This document shows positions 27,101 to 35,425 of a stretch of DNA of 43,593 nucleotides, in pieces. How positions within the stretch are numbered: position 1 is the first letter of the stretch; the number at the start of each line of letters is the position of its first letter. The translations under genes were made by a program, and so were the position numbers. The stretch is from Pseudomonadota bacterium (GTDB lineage Bacteria; Bdellovibrionota_B; Oligoflexia; Oligoflexales; CAIYRB01): contig JANOTL010000211.1 in assembly GCA_031416315.1 (NCBI GenBank), positions 1-43,593 on the forward strand. The letters run 5' to 3'. The notes beneath the pieces were generated by a model. The model worked only from the letters and a program-made list of their open reading frames with translations. It was not told the DNA's origin and ran no database searches.

Positions 27101-28578
27101 GCGTATGGTCGCGCGAGGACGCGCACGCGGCGCTCCTGCGCGGCGCCATGGACTCGCGTGGCGTCATGACGGCGGCAGGTCTTGCTAGGACTTTGGCCCT
27201 CCCCCTCGGCTCGGTCGAGGCGACGTTGCCGGCCCTCGAGACGACAGGCACGATCATCCGCGGCAAGTTCAGCGGCGGCAACGTGATGGAGTGGTGCGAG
27301 CGCCGCCTCCTCATGCGCATCCACCGCCTGACGCTCGACGGCCTACGTAAGCAGATTCGCCCGGTGACGCCGGAGACTTACGTGCACTTCCTCGCGGCGC
27401 ATCAGGGCGCGCTGACGCACAAGCGTCGGGAAGGCAAGGACGGGACCTTGGAGACGCTCACCCAGCTCGCCGGCTACGAAGGCGCGGCGTGGGCCTGGGA
27501 AGGCGAGATCCTCGCGACACGCGTGAAGGAGTTTCAGCCGAGCTGGATCGACGAGCTCATGCACGAAGGCGAGCTCACCTGGGGGCGCATCTCCCCGCCG
27601 GAGCGCGACGCCGAGGACGGGCCGGTCATGGTCGGCATGCACCGCACGACGCCGCTCGCCATGCCGCCGCGCGCGATGCTCGACTGGCTCATCGATCCAA
27701 AGGAGCGCGAGCGCCGCGAAGGGCTTCTCGACCTGACGCGCTCGAACGCGCGCACCGTGTACGATGCCCTGGCGACGAATGGCGCGCAATTTCACGCCGA
27801 GCTCCTGCGCCGGGCGGGCCTCCTAGAGTCGCAGCTCGACGAGTCGCTCGGCGAGCTTTGCCGCATGGGCCTCGCGCACGCCGACGGCTACGCCGCGCTC
27901 AGACCCTTCGTCTCCCGCAACAAGAAGCAGGCGCAGCGCGCTCGCGGCGGGCTTTCGGCGCGCTTCTTGCCGCGGCCCTCGCACGCCGGGCGCGGCGGGC
28001 GCTGGGCGACTTTTCCGCCGCGCGACGCGCTGACGGCGTCCCTGGCGTTCGACGTGGAGAAGCGCCGCGAGAACTGGGCCTGGCTCCTCCTCCACCGTTA
28101 CGGCGTCGTCTTCCGCGACCTTCTCATGCGCGAGGCCCTGGCGCCGAGCTGGGGCGAGCTGACGCGCACGTTCCGGCGCCTCGAGGCGCGCGGCGAGATC
28201 CGCGGCGGGCGCTTCGTCGCCGGCGAGCTCGGCGAGCAGTTCGCGCTCGCCGATGCGGTGGACGCTTTGCGCAAGACCGCGCAGGACCTGGAGGCGCGCG
28301 TGCCGGACGAGCAGGACTACGTCGTCGTCTCGGCCGCCGATCCGCTCAACCTCGTCGGCGTCGTCACGCCGGGCCCGCGGATCCCGTCCTCGCGCAACAC
28401 GCTCCTCGTGCTCCAAGGCGGACGTCACGTGGCGTCCAAGGACGGGATCGACGTCACCTTCCACGTCGCGATCGGGCGCGAGGCTGAGGCGCGGATCGCG
28501 GCCGCGCTGCGCCTCGGCGGCCAGTTTCGCGCGCGCTACGGCGATCCGGCGCTTCTCAAATCATTGGTCTCCCGCTAG
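24136..28578 (+). CDS. lhr: Full-length Lhr-family SF2 DEAD/H helicase with extended C-terminal (winged-helix/AlkZ-like) region
   Basis: APTGTGKT, YISPLKAL, RTGDT, TTPESL, DEIH, GLSAT, AHHGSL, SLELGID, QRIGRAGH, PFWLGE, LLHRYGVV, RGGRFVAG..GEQFA, SAADPLNL; ATG 24136 after GGAGG. Confidence 0.93.
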   Translation: MHGFHRIVSRWFTGRYGVPTEPQERGWPHIRRGGPVLISAPTGTGKTLTAFLCCIDRLLREGLDGKLRNELRVLYISPLKALSQDVRLNLTGPLAELRECAEREGTPMPELRVAVRTGDTPASQRASMLRKPPHILVTTPESLFLLLSGAKSREMLRSIDTVIVDEIHALARDKRGSHFALSLARLDALCAKPPQRIGLSATQKPIEKVARFLVGHDQPCEIVNAGHRRALDLGLVTPKSELSAVCSMDHWNEIYAEIQKLVESHQSTLIFVNTRKLAERVSYHLSQMLGEDKVAAHHGSLSRDRRFDAEARLKTGQLKAIVATASLELGIDVGFVDLVIQIGSPRSIATFLQRIGRAGHAVHATPKGRLIPLTRDELIESLALLQAVRAGELDKIVMPEKPLDILAQHVVAASTGDEQDDETLYKLMQSAAPYHDLTRAEFDSVLAMLSDGFSLGALGKKRSYLHWDRIHGKIRARDGARMAVAMNGGAIPEQGDYRVVTEGEGGYVGTVNEDFAIESGSGDVFLLGNTSWMVVGLKGSDLVVRDAHGMPPTIPFWLGEAPGRTVELSASVSRLRTEIAQRLDLAGIAPTDPLLSAEALAQIRELDPPPYRAARAWLGEAAAPEDDWAVLQAVHYVAVQKAALGLVPTQTDIVFERFFDDSGGMQLVLHAPFGMRINRGLGLALRKSFCRSFDFELQASADNDGIVLSLGPNQSFPLEALYKMVKSSTVKEVLIQAILAVPLFQVRFRWNANRSLAVLRMQKGKRVAPALQRFRADDLLTSVFPQQTQCFEHRTGDLELPDHPLVTQTMHDCLTEAIDLEGLIEVLVRLESGAIRMHSRDTKEPSPFSYQLLNAMPYAFLDDAPLEERRARAVAQRRSLPLGEMQDLTRLDAEAIAMVGREAFPTARNADELYDVLGRLGVLEDAEARDHNNWEALVKSLVADGRATRMSLGDRKFWVAAESVPLATAAYDGVGTFTPEVALSPELRRVWSREDAHAALLRGAMDSRGVMTAAGLARTLALPLGSVEATLPALETTGTIIRGKFSGGNVMEWCERRLLMRIHRLTLDGLRKQIRPVTPETYVHFLAAHQGALTHKRREGKDGTLETLTQLAGYEGAAWAWEGEILATRVKEFQPSWIDELMHEGELTWGRISPPERDAEDGPVMVGMHRTTPLAMPPRAMLDWLIDPKERERREGLLDLTRSNARTVYDALATNGAQFHAELLRRAGLLESQLDESLGELCRMGLAHADGYAALRPFVSRNKKQAQRARGGLSARFLPRPSHAGRGGRWATFPPRDALTASLAFDVEKRRENWAWLLLHRYGVVFRDLLMREALAPSWGELTRTFRRLEARGEIRGGRFVAGELGEQFALADAVDALRKTAQDLEARVPDEQDYVVVSAADPLNLVGVVTPGPRIPSSRNTLLVLQGGRHVASKDGIDVTFHVAIGREAEARIAAALRLGGQFRARYGDPALLKSLVSR

Positions 28579-28618
28579 AATTCTTGCAAGATTGCCAAAA
28601 TGCAGGAAAGGGATTTCC

Positions 28619-30109
28619 ATGATGCGACGGATCGCATGGGGCGCGGCATGCGCCGCCTTGTTGGGGGCCGCGTCGGCGCAAGCTGAGACGAGCCCGAAAA
28701 TCGCGCCGGAGCTCGTCTCGGCGTTCACGAAAAACCAAGCCGGGCCTTTCGACGTCCTCGTCTACCTGAAGGATCAAGCCGATCTCTCCGCCGCGAAGAG
28801 GGAAGGCTCGAAGGCCGCGAAAGGCCGCGTCGTCGTCGAGAAGCTCAGGCTCGCGGCGAAGGCGCAGGCGAAGCTCCTCGCGTCCATCGGCGAAGCGAAG
28901 CTCGCGCACCGCTCCTACTACGTCGTCAACGCCGTCCTCGTGCGCGGCGTCGACCAAGCGCAGATCGAGGCGTTCGCGGCCCGCGCCGACGTCGCGCAGA
29001 TCTTCGCCGACACCGCGGTGCGAGTGATCCCCGCGCCCGACGCCCGCGCCTTCAAGGACGAAAAGGCGGCGAAAGCGGTCGGCGACAACATCGTTTCGAC
29101 GGGCGCCGATCGCGTTTGGGCGCTCGGTAAAAGAGGCGAAGGCATCACCGTGGCCGGCAACGACACCGGCATCGAGATGACGCACGTCGGCCTGAGATCG
29201 CACTACCGTGGCCTCGCCGCGAACGGCACGCTGAGCCACGATTTCAACTGGCACGACGCGGTCCACGAGCCCTTGAATCCCGAGAAGGCCCGCGCGAATC
29301 CGTGCGGCTACTCGACCGCAGCGCCGTGCGACGACAACGGTCACGGCACCCACACGGCCGGCACGATGGTCGGCGACGACGGCGCCGGCAACCAGGTCGG
29401 CATGGCCCCGGGCGCCAAGCTCATCGGCTGCCGCAACATGGACGAGGGCGTGGGCAAGCCCTCGACCTACCTCGAGTGCTTCGAGTTCTTCCTCGCGCCC
29501 TGGGCGCACGGCGCGAGCCCGACCTCCGGCGATCCGGCGAGAGCGCCCGACATCATCAACAACTCGTGGGGCTGCCCGTCGGACGAGGGCTGCAACGGCT
29601 CCGAGTTCCTGCCGGTGATGAACAACCTCGCCGCCGCGGGCGTCATGGTCGTCGCGGCCGCGGGCAACGAAGGCTCTAGCTGCGGCACCATCGCCGATGC
29701 GCCGGCGCATCACACCGACGAGGTCTTCGTCGTCGGCGCGCTCGACCACCGAAACGGCACGATCGCCAGCTTCTCCAGCCGCGGTCCTTCCGGCTTCGAC
29801 AGCAAGGTCGGTCCCGACGTCTCGGCGCCGGGCGTGAACGTCCGCTCGTCCATCATGGGCGGCGGCTACTCGGGCTCGTTCTGGAGCGGCACCTCGATGG
29901 CGGCGCCGCACGTCGCGGGCGCCGTCGCCCTCCTCTGGTCGGCGAAGCCCGAGCTCGTCGGCAAGATCCCGGAGACGATCGCGAAGTTCACCGGCACGGC
30001 GGTGGCGAAGACGACGACGCAGACCTGCGGCGGCGTCTCCGGCGCCGAGGTCCCGAACAACACGTATGGTTTCGGTCAGCTCGACGTCTACTCGGCGGTC
30101 ACGCGCTGA
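28619..30109 (+). CDS. Secreted subtilisin-like S8 serine peptidase (bacillopeptidase F-like catalytic domain) with propeptide
   Basis: Signal peptide AQA|E; triad DTG, HGTH, GTSMAAPH; INNSWG, AAGN, FSSRGP, PNNTYGFG. Confidence 0.93.
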   Translation: MMRRIAWGAACAALLGAASAQAETSPKIAPELVSAFTKNQAGPFDVLVYLKDQADLSAAKREGSKAAKGRVVVEKLRLAAKAQAKLLASIGEAKLAHRSYYVVNAVLVRGVDQAQIEAFAARADVAQIFADTAVRVIPAPDARAFKDEKAAKAVGDNIVSTGADRVWALGKRGEGITVAGNDTGIEMTHVGLRSHYRGLAANGTLSHDFNWHDAVHEPLNPEKARANPCGYSTAAPCDDNGHGTHTAGTMVGDDGAGNQVGMAPGAKLIGCRNMDEGVGKPSTYLECFEFFLAPWAHGASPTSGDPARAPDIINNSWGCPSDEGCNGSEFLPVMNNLAAAGVMVVAAAGNEGSSCGTIADAPAHHTDEVFVVGALDHRNGTIASFSSRGPSGFDSKVGPDVSAPGVNVRSSIMGGGYSGSFWSGTSMAAPHVAGAVALLWSAKPELVGKIPETIAKFTGTAVAKTTTQTCGGVSGAEVPNNTYGFGQLDVYSAVTR

Positions 30110-30132
30110 GCGACTGAGCTTCGTCCGAGCGA

Positions 30133-31287
30133 CTAGGCAGCGCCGACATCCTCTCCGGGATGATCGGCGTTGTTCAATTTCCGGACCGCCTCGATGCAGG
30201 CGACGGTGCGTCCGAGGTGCGACGGCTTCATCACGACGACCTCGGTCTCGCCCTCGCCTTGCAGCGCCAAGAGCTTCAGCTTCGCCGCTTTTTCCAGGGC
30301 CTCGCGCTCGAACTTGACGCCGGTCGCCTTTTCCAGCGCGCGCGCCAGCTCCGGGACGACGAACTTGCACTGCTTCTCGAGGTCCATGTTGAGGCGCGCG
30401 GCGAACTTCACGATCGCCGACATGACCCGCGTCTCCTTGTTGGTGAACTTGGCCTTCACCAGCTTCTTCGTGGCGCCGTGCTTCGCCTCGCGCACGAACT
30501 GCGCGAAGTACGCGAGCTTCTGCGCGTTCTCGAGGCGCGTGATCGAGCGTTTGCGGTCGGGCTCGATCTCGACTTTCAGGAGGCCGGACTCAAGGAGGAC
30601 GGCGAAGACGCGGTCCAGCTCTTTCTTGTCGATGTTGAGGATGAGCTCGAGCTTCAGCAGGAGGTCGTCGACGACGACGGCCTTGTAGTCGTCGATCTTG
30701 ACCGCGACGAGCTCGGCCAAGGCGCCGAAGGCGGACGCGATCTGGGCGCCGGTGTAGACCGAGGAGATCTGGTTCTGCTCGAGGTGCTTCACCTTCATCA
30801 CCGCCTCGGAGTACACCTTATTCATGTGCGTGAGGCGGATGGTGAATTCTTTCAGGACGATCTTCATCCAGTTCGGCAGCGCCGCGAGCACCTTGCGGAT
30901 CGCGTCGTGGGGCACCTTCTTGCAGACGACTGCCGTCTTCGCCCGCGCGTTGGCCATGCGCGGCTCGCTCGTCAGGCACGTCATCACGCCGATGATCTCG
31001 CCCTTCTGCATCACGCTGAGCATGATGTCCTGATCTTCCTTGCGGGTGAAGATCTCGACCTCACCGTCCTCGATGAAGAACAGGTCGCCGCCACGGTCGC
31101 CTTGATGGAAGAGCGAGTCACCTGGGCCGAAGTTGATGCGGCCGTCGTTGCCCTTTGCCGCAGGCGCGCCGGGACGCGCCGCCTCGCCGTTCTGACCGGC
31201 GACGCGAAGCTGTGACGGTTTCCCGTAGCGAATCTCTGTCACTTGCAGTGCCTCCCTTCCAGGCATCGGAGCAATCGCCGTTGACAT
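30133..31287 (-). CDS. CNB-domain (Crp/Fnr-like) protein with long helical C-terminal region
   Basis: LFHQGDRGGDLFFIEDGEVEI..IIGVMTCLTSEPRMANA; similar to the 9626-10102 protein through the LPNW helix. Confidence 0.85.
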   Translation of the reverse strand: MSTAIAPMPGREALQVTEIRYGKPSQLRVAGQNGEAARPGAPAAKGNDGRINFGPGDSLFHQGDRGGDLFFIEDGEVEIFTRKEDQDIMLSVMQKGEIIGVMTCLTSEPRMANARAKTAVVCKKVPHDAIRKVLAALPNWMKIVLKEFTIRLTHMNKVYSEAVMKVKHLEQNQISSVYTGAQIASAFGALAELVAVKIDDYKAVVVDDLLLKLELILNIDKKELDRVFAVLLESGLLKVEIEPDRKRSITRLENAQKLAYFAQFVREAKHGATKKLVKAKFTNKETRVMSAIVKFAARLNMDLEKQCKFVVPELARALEKATGVKFEREALEKAAKLKLLALQGEGETEVVVMKPSHLGRTVACIEAVRKLNNADHPGEDVGAA

Positions 31288-31343
31288 TAGGCGCTCAAAG
31301 CGACTAGTGGGGGACTCCCGATCCCCGGGCGAAAGGGCCGACC

Positions 31344-31700
31344 GTGAACCAGCCCCGATCCATCCAGGATGACTGTCCGAAGTGGGCCGAAGAGCTCATC
31401 GTCAAAGTGCGTCTCATGGAGACGGACCTGGGGAATTTGCCCCCGACCAATCCCGACGAGTGGCAGCGCGACTTAGCCGAGATCGCCGAGCGCGTCCTCG
31501 AAGGCGCCGAGGCCACCAGGCTGAGCGAGCAAGCGGTGGAGACCCTCTTTCGTACGATCGTCAAAGGGCTTGCCGACGCCGGCTTCCCCGCCCCCCGGAT
31601 CGCCGACTTCTTCAATGCGCGGGTCGCCCCGGGCTCCCGCCTCAAATACTGCGACGCCGGCGAGGTCCAGGAAGCATTGGACGCGGTTTCGCGCGCGTAA
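31344..31700 (+). CDS. Hypothetical protein
   Basis: 118-aa ORF with GC3-rich codon usage filling the gap; no motif recognised. Confidence 0.65.
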   Translation: MNQPRSIQDDCPKWAEELIVKVRLMETDLGNLPPTNPDEWQRDLAEIAERVLEGAEATRLSEQAVETLFRTIVKGLADAGFPAPRIADFFNARVAPGSRLKYCDAGEVQEALDAVSRA

Positions 31701-31746
31701 AAAGCCGATTTTTCCTCTGCCGGGACGCCGGCTTGAGCCCGCCACT

Positions 31747-31761
31747 TGATAATGATTCTCA
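31747..31761. promoter_or_regulatory. Fur box upstream of bfd
   Basis: TGATAAT-G-ATTCTCA matches the 7-1-7 consensus TGATAAT-N-ATTATCA at 13/14 positions; lies in an AT-rich island about 70 bp upstream of bfd. Confidence 0.85.
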
Positions 31762-31832
31762 ATTTTATTATAAATAAGCCGATAGAGCTCTTGTGTGCCT
31801 CCGCTCCTCGAAAACGAGAGGTTTTCGGCTCG

Positions 31833-32051
31833 ATGGTCATTTGTCTCTGCAAGGGCGTCTCCGACCGGAAAATCCGCGAGCTGATCGCGAATGGTGCCTC
31901 GACCCTCCGCGAGATCGTCCAGTCCTGCAAAGCAGGCAGCGACTGCGGCTCCTGCGTCTGCCAGGTGCGTGAGCTCCTGAGCGAAGCGTGCAAAGGCGGC
32001 GAGGCCGAAACGGAAAACGCGCCCCCTTTGGAGCGCGCTGCGAACGAATGA
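31833..32051 (+). CDS. bfd: Bacterioferritin-associated [2Fe-2S] ferredoxin
   Basis: MVICLCKGVSDRKIR...AGSDCGSC (CxC...CxxC); GAGAGG RBS; adjacent to bfr. Confidence 0.92.
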   Translation: MVICLCKGVSDRKIRELIANGASTLREIVQSCKAGSDCGSCVCQVRELLSEACKGGEAETENAPPLERAANE

Positions 32052-32064
32052 AAGCGGACGCGCC

Positions 32065-32535
32065 TTACTCGCGGATATTCTCCGCGAGGTAGTTTTCCTT
32101 GCCCACTTGATCGATCAGGCCGAGCTGCGTCTCGAGCCAGTCGATGTGCTTCTCCTCGTCCTCAAGGATGTGCTCAAGGAGCTCGCGCGAGGTGTGGTCG
32201 GCGGCCTCGAAGCAGACTTTGATCGCCTTTTTCAGATTGTCGAGGGCGGTGTGCTCGAGGCGCAGGTCGGAGGCGAACTGCTCGGGCACCGTCTCGCCGA
32301 TGTTGAGCTTGCCGAGCTTCTGCAGGTTCGGCAGGCCCTCGAGGAAGAGGATGCGGTCGGTGAGGTTCGACGCGTGTTTCATTTCGTCGATCGACTCTTT
32401 GTGGACGATGTGGGCGATGCGCTCGTAGCCCCAGTTCTTGCACATGCGCGCATGCAGGAAGTACTGGTTGATCGCCGTCAGCTCGCCGGTCAGGATTTCG
32501 TTCAGAGAATCGATGACCTTGGGGTCGCCCTTCAT
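32065..32535 (-). CDS. bfr: Bacterioferritin
   Basis: [31 protein letters not shown] (heme Met), [21 protein letters not shown]. Confidence 0.97.
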   Translation of the reverse strand: MKGDPKVIDSLNEILTGELTAINQYFLHARMCKNWGYERIAHIVHKESIDEMKHASNLTDRILFLEGLPNLQKLGKLNIGETVPEQFASDLRLEHTALDNLKKAIKVCFEAADHTSRELLEHILEDEEKHIDWLETQLGLIDQVGKENYLAENIRE

Positions 32536-32633
32536 GCCGCTCTCCTCATTTGACGGAACTCCAATTTTTTAGACGAAGCGCCGGGGAATGACAAGCTTGC
32601 GGTCAGATGGCGGAAATTAAGGCCAATCGGCTT

Positions 32634-33431
32634 CTAAGCGGTCTTGCGCTCGGAGACGAAGCGCGAAACGCGGGTCACCCAGGCCCGCGGCATGAGCCTC
32701 AGCGCATTGACGAGCAAGCGGTTGGCCGCGCCCGTGATCACCACCGGCTTGCCGCGCGTGAGGCCTTTCCAGCCTTGGGCCGCGACGGCCTCCGCGTCCA
32801 TCATGCCCAGCTTCAGGATGCGCGAGCCGGCCATCTGCGCGCGCTCCTGAAAGCCGGAGCGCGTCGGGCCGGGGCAGAGCGCGGTGACCGTGACGTTCGC
32901 ATCGCGGAGCTCGCTGCCGAGCGCCTCGGAGAAGGACAGGACGTAGGCTTTCGTCGCGAAATAGGTCGCCATGAGCGGGCCCGGCTGGAACGCGGCCGTC
33001 GAGGCGACGTTCAAGATCCGGCCGCGGCGGCGTGCGGCCATGCCCCTGGCGAAGAGGCGAGTGATCTCGGTCAGGGCGATCATGTTCAGGAGCAGCATCT
33101 TCGCGTCGTCTTTGGCGTCGAGCTCGAGAAAGCGGCCGTAGAGGCCGTAGCCGGCGTTGTTGACCAGGGTCTCGACCTCGGCACCGAGCGCGGTCACCGC
33201 GGCAAAGAGCTCCTGGGGGGCGTCGAGCCGCGCGAGGTCCATCGCGACGACGTCGACTTTCACGCCGTCGTAACGCGCGTCGGACTCGAGCGCTCTTTTC
33301 AGCTCGCCCAAGCTCGCCGCGCTGCGCGCGACGAGAATCAGGCGCCGGTGGTCTTTTGCCGCTTGGCGGGTGAGCTCGAGGCCGATGCCGAGGGATGCGC
33401 CGGTGATCAGGGCCGTGTCGAAAGCTTTCAT
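32634..33431 (-). CDS. Short-chain dehydrogenase/reductase (DltE-like)
   Basis: TGASLGIG, NNAGYG, NVAS, YFATK (YxxxK), LCPGPT; start ATG 33431. Confidence 0.93.
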   Translation of the reverse strand: MKAFDTALITGASLGIGLELTRQAAKDHRRLILVARSAASLGELKRALESDARYDGVKVDVVAMDLARLDAPQELFAAVTALGAEVETLVNNAGYGLYGRFLELDAKDDAKMLLLNMIALTEITRLFARGMAARRRGRILNVASTAAFQPGPLMATYFATKAYVLSFSEALGSELRDANVTVTALCPGPTRSGFQERAQMAGSRILKLGMMDAEAVAAQGWKGLTRGKPVVITGAANRLLVNALRLMPRAWVTRVSRFVSERKTA

Positions 33432-33445
33432 CGGGGGAACTCCAA

Positions 33446-34009
33446 TCAGGTTGTTTTGATTGCCGCCCACGCGCAGGCTTCCGCCTCGGCCGAGCATCGC
33501 TCGCAGTCCGAGAGGGAGCCGTCGCGCAGCTTGCGCATGACGTTGACGAAGATGCCGAAGACGACCGCGATGGCTAAGTCCGGCGCCAGGTCGCGCACGG
33601 CGCCGGCGCGCGTGGCACTCTCGGCGAACTGGCGCGCGAAGCTCATCACCGAGGCTTCGACCTCGCGGCTCGACGCGTCGAGGTAAGGCGCGTGGAAGTG
33701 CGTCTCGAGGAAGTCGAAGGCCGAAGGCGCCGCCACGGCGAAGCCGACGAGCGCAGCCCACAGGTGCGCGAACTGCGCGCGCGGCACGGACGCGACGGGG
33801 AAATCGGATTGGAGCGCCGCGAGGAGGCGGCCTTTCCACTGGCGATAGAGCGCGTTGACGAGCGCCTCCTTGCTCGCGAAGTGTCGATAGATGCTCCCCG
33901 TCGCGATTCCCGCGGCGCGCGCGACCTCGGGGACGGCCGTGCCGTCGAAGCCTTGGCTCGCGAAGAGGCTCAAAGCGGCGTCGAGGATCTTCTCGCGGGT
34001 TGGGTTCAT
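33446..34009 (-). CDS. TetR/AcrR-family transcriptional regulator
   Basis: TREKILDAALSLFASQGFDGT..EVARAAGIATGSIYRHFASKEAL helix-turn-helix. Confidence 0.95.
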   Translation of the reverse strand: MNPTREKILDAALSLFASQGFDGTAVPEVARAAGIATGSIYRHFASKEALVNALYRQWKGRLLAALQSDFPVASVPRAQFAHLWAALVGFAVAAPSAFDFLETHFHAPYLDASSREVEASVMSFARQFAESATRAGAVRDLAPDLAIAVVFGIFVNVMRKLRDGSLSDCERCSAEAEACAWAAIKTT

Positions 34010-34043
34010 CGGGCTTCGTCCTTGGCTCGATCGATCCGCTCAT

Positions 34044-34063
34044 GTGAATGAACGTTCATTCAC
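34044..34063. promoter_or_regulatory. Perfect 20-bp palindrome, probable TetR operator
   Basis: GTGAATGAACGTTCATTCAC is its own reverse complement; about 35 bp upstream of the tetR start. Confidence 0.85.
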
Positions 34064-34213
34064 TACCAAGCAAGGTAGCGGCCATTTGCTCGCGAAGTCC
34101 AGATCCGACCCACAAACGGTTGGAATGCGAGACGTTTTTCGACCATACTCAGAGGCGTCCAGCGCCAATCTGGGCTGTCTAAGCCTTCGTCACCTGCCTC
34201 GTGAGGAGCCCTC

Positions 34214-35137
34214 GTGACCTGGAACGTCGACCGCGAGATCTTCAGCATCGGCTTCTTCGCCCTGCGTTGGTACAGCCTCTTTTTCGCGTCGGGCTTCGTG
34301 CTCGGCTATTTCATGGTGCGTGAGATCTTCCGCGCTGAGGGCAAATCCGAGGCGCTCCTCGACTCCCTCCTCTTTCACCTCGTGGTCGGCACGGTCGTCG
34401 GCGCACGCCTTGGCCATTGCCTCTTCTACGAGCCGTATACCTATCTTCATGATCCGCTGCGGATCCTGCAGATCTGGGAAGGCGGGCTCGCGAGCCACGG
34501 CGGCTTCGCCGGCGTCATCGTCGCCCTCATCCTCTTTTGCCGGAAACATCAGAGTATCTCGTTCTTCTGGCTCATCGACCGCGTCGCCATCCCGACGATG
34601 ATCGAGGCCGCCTGCATCCGCATCGGCAATTTCTTCAACTCCGAGATCATCGGCCATCCGACCGACGGGCCCTGGGGCGTCGTCTTTACGAAGGTCGACA
34701 ACATCGCGCGCCATCCGACGCAGCTCTACGAGGCGGCCGGATACTTCCTGTGCTTCGTGATGCTCTTCGTCATGTACCGGACGGCGGGGCGCAAGCCGAT
34801 GGAAGGCCGCCTCTTCGGCGCCAACCTCGTCGTCGCCTGGACGTTCCGGATCTTCGTCGAGCGCTACAAGGAGAACCAGGTCGCGTTCGAGAACGACATG
34901 ACGTGGAACATGGGGCAGCTCCTGTCGGTGCCCTTCATCCTCTTCGGCCTCTTCCTGCTCTTCGGCCTGCACTACAAGGTGCCGTTCTTCCGCCGCGGGC
35001 TCTCCGACGAGGCGCTGGCGAAAGCCGGCGTACCACGTGAGGAAGAGGGCGGTCCCGGCGGCGGCAGCGGCGAGGCTTCCGGACCGGGCTCCCGCAAGGG
35101 GCAGCTGCGCAAGATGAACAAGAAAGCTCGTACCTGA
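34214..35137 (+). CDS. lgt: Prolipoprotein diacylglyceryl transferase
   Basis: LRWYS, GARLGH, WEGGLASHGG, RIGNFFNSEI, RHPTQLYEA, MGQLLS; GAGGAG RBS before GTG. Confidence 0.96.
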   Translation: MTWNVDREIFSIGFFALRWYSLFFASGFVLGYFMVREIFRAEGKSEALLDSLLFHLVVGTVVGARLGHCLFYEPYTYLHDPLRILQIWEGGLASHGGFAGVIVALILFCRKHQSISFFWLIDRVAIPTMIEAACIRIGNFFNSEIIGHPTDGPWGVVFTKVDNIARHPTQLYEAAGYFLCFVMLFVMYRTAGRKPMEGRLFGANLVVAWTFRIFVERYKENQVAFENDMTWNMGQLLSVPFILFGLFLLFGLHYKVPFFRRGLSDEALAKAGVPREEEGGPGGGSGEASGPGSRKGQLRKMNKKART

Positions 35138-35162
35138 GCTAGCCTTCCTGGCATGGCCTAAT

Positions 35163-35314
35163 CCGTGGCCCGTGGTCGTCCGTGACCTCGTGCCGTCTAT
35201 AAAGCAAGCGCCGGGCCAAGGGGATTTTAATGGAAATCTCAATGGTTTCATTGTCGAGCACGGCAGAATATCGGCAGTGAGGCTCGGACGCCACGGGCGG
35301 CTTTGCCTCACTGC
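35163..35314. ncRNA. Candidate structured RNA or cis-element (rod-like fold with AT-rich centre; strand unknown)
   Basis: Nested pairings gcccgtgg/ccacgggc, cgtccg/cggacg, cctc/gagg, tgccg/cggca enclose an AT-rich core with two small hairpins; competing 10-bp stem gcagtgaggc/gcctcactgc. Confidence 0.4.
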
Positions 35315-35344
35315 AGCGCTGACGCCACACTCCGCTCCTCCGTC

Positions 35345-35405
35345 CCTCCGCTTCTCCGTGGTCTGCAGGGTCTGGAGAGCCTTGCAGACCACGGAGAAGC
35401 GGAGG
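35345..35405. repeat. Perfect 23-bp inverted repeat between convergent genes
   Basis: cctccgcttctccgtggtctgca (35345-35367) / tgcagaccacggagaagcggagg (35383-35405); no U-tract on either side. Confidence 0.88.
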
Positions 35406-35425
35406 AGCGGAGAAGACGAGGGCAG

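Noticed and set aside
21621..30370. Long antisense or alternate-frame ORFs (e.g. 21621-23075, 23968-25779, 28556-30370; likewise 3585-4979, 14566-16005, 17866-19440, 40766-42085)
   Set aside because: Typical high-GC shadow ORFs lying opposite well-supported genes, with no recognisable motifs.
32634..34043. 469-aa TetR-SDR fusion
   Set aside because: TetR is in a different frame with its own stop at 33446; the SDR starts at 33431.
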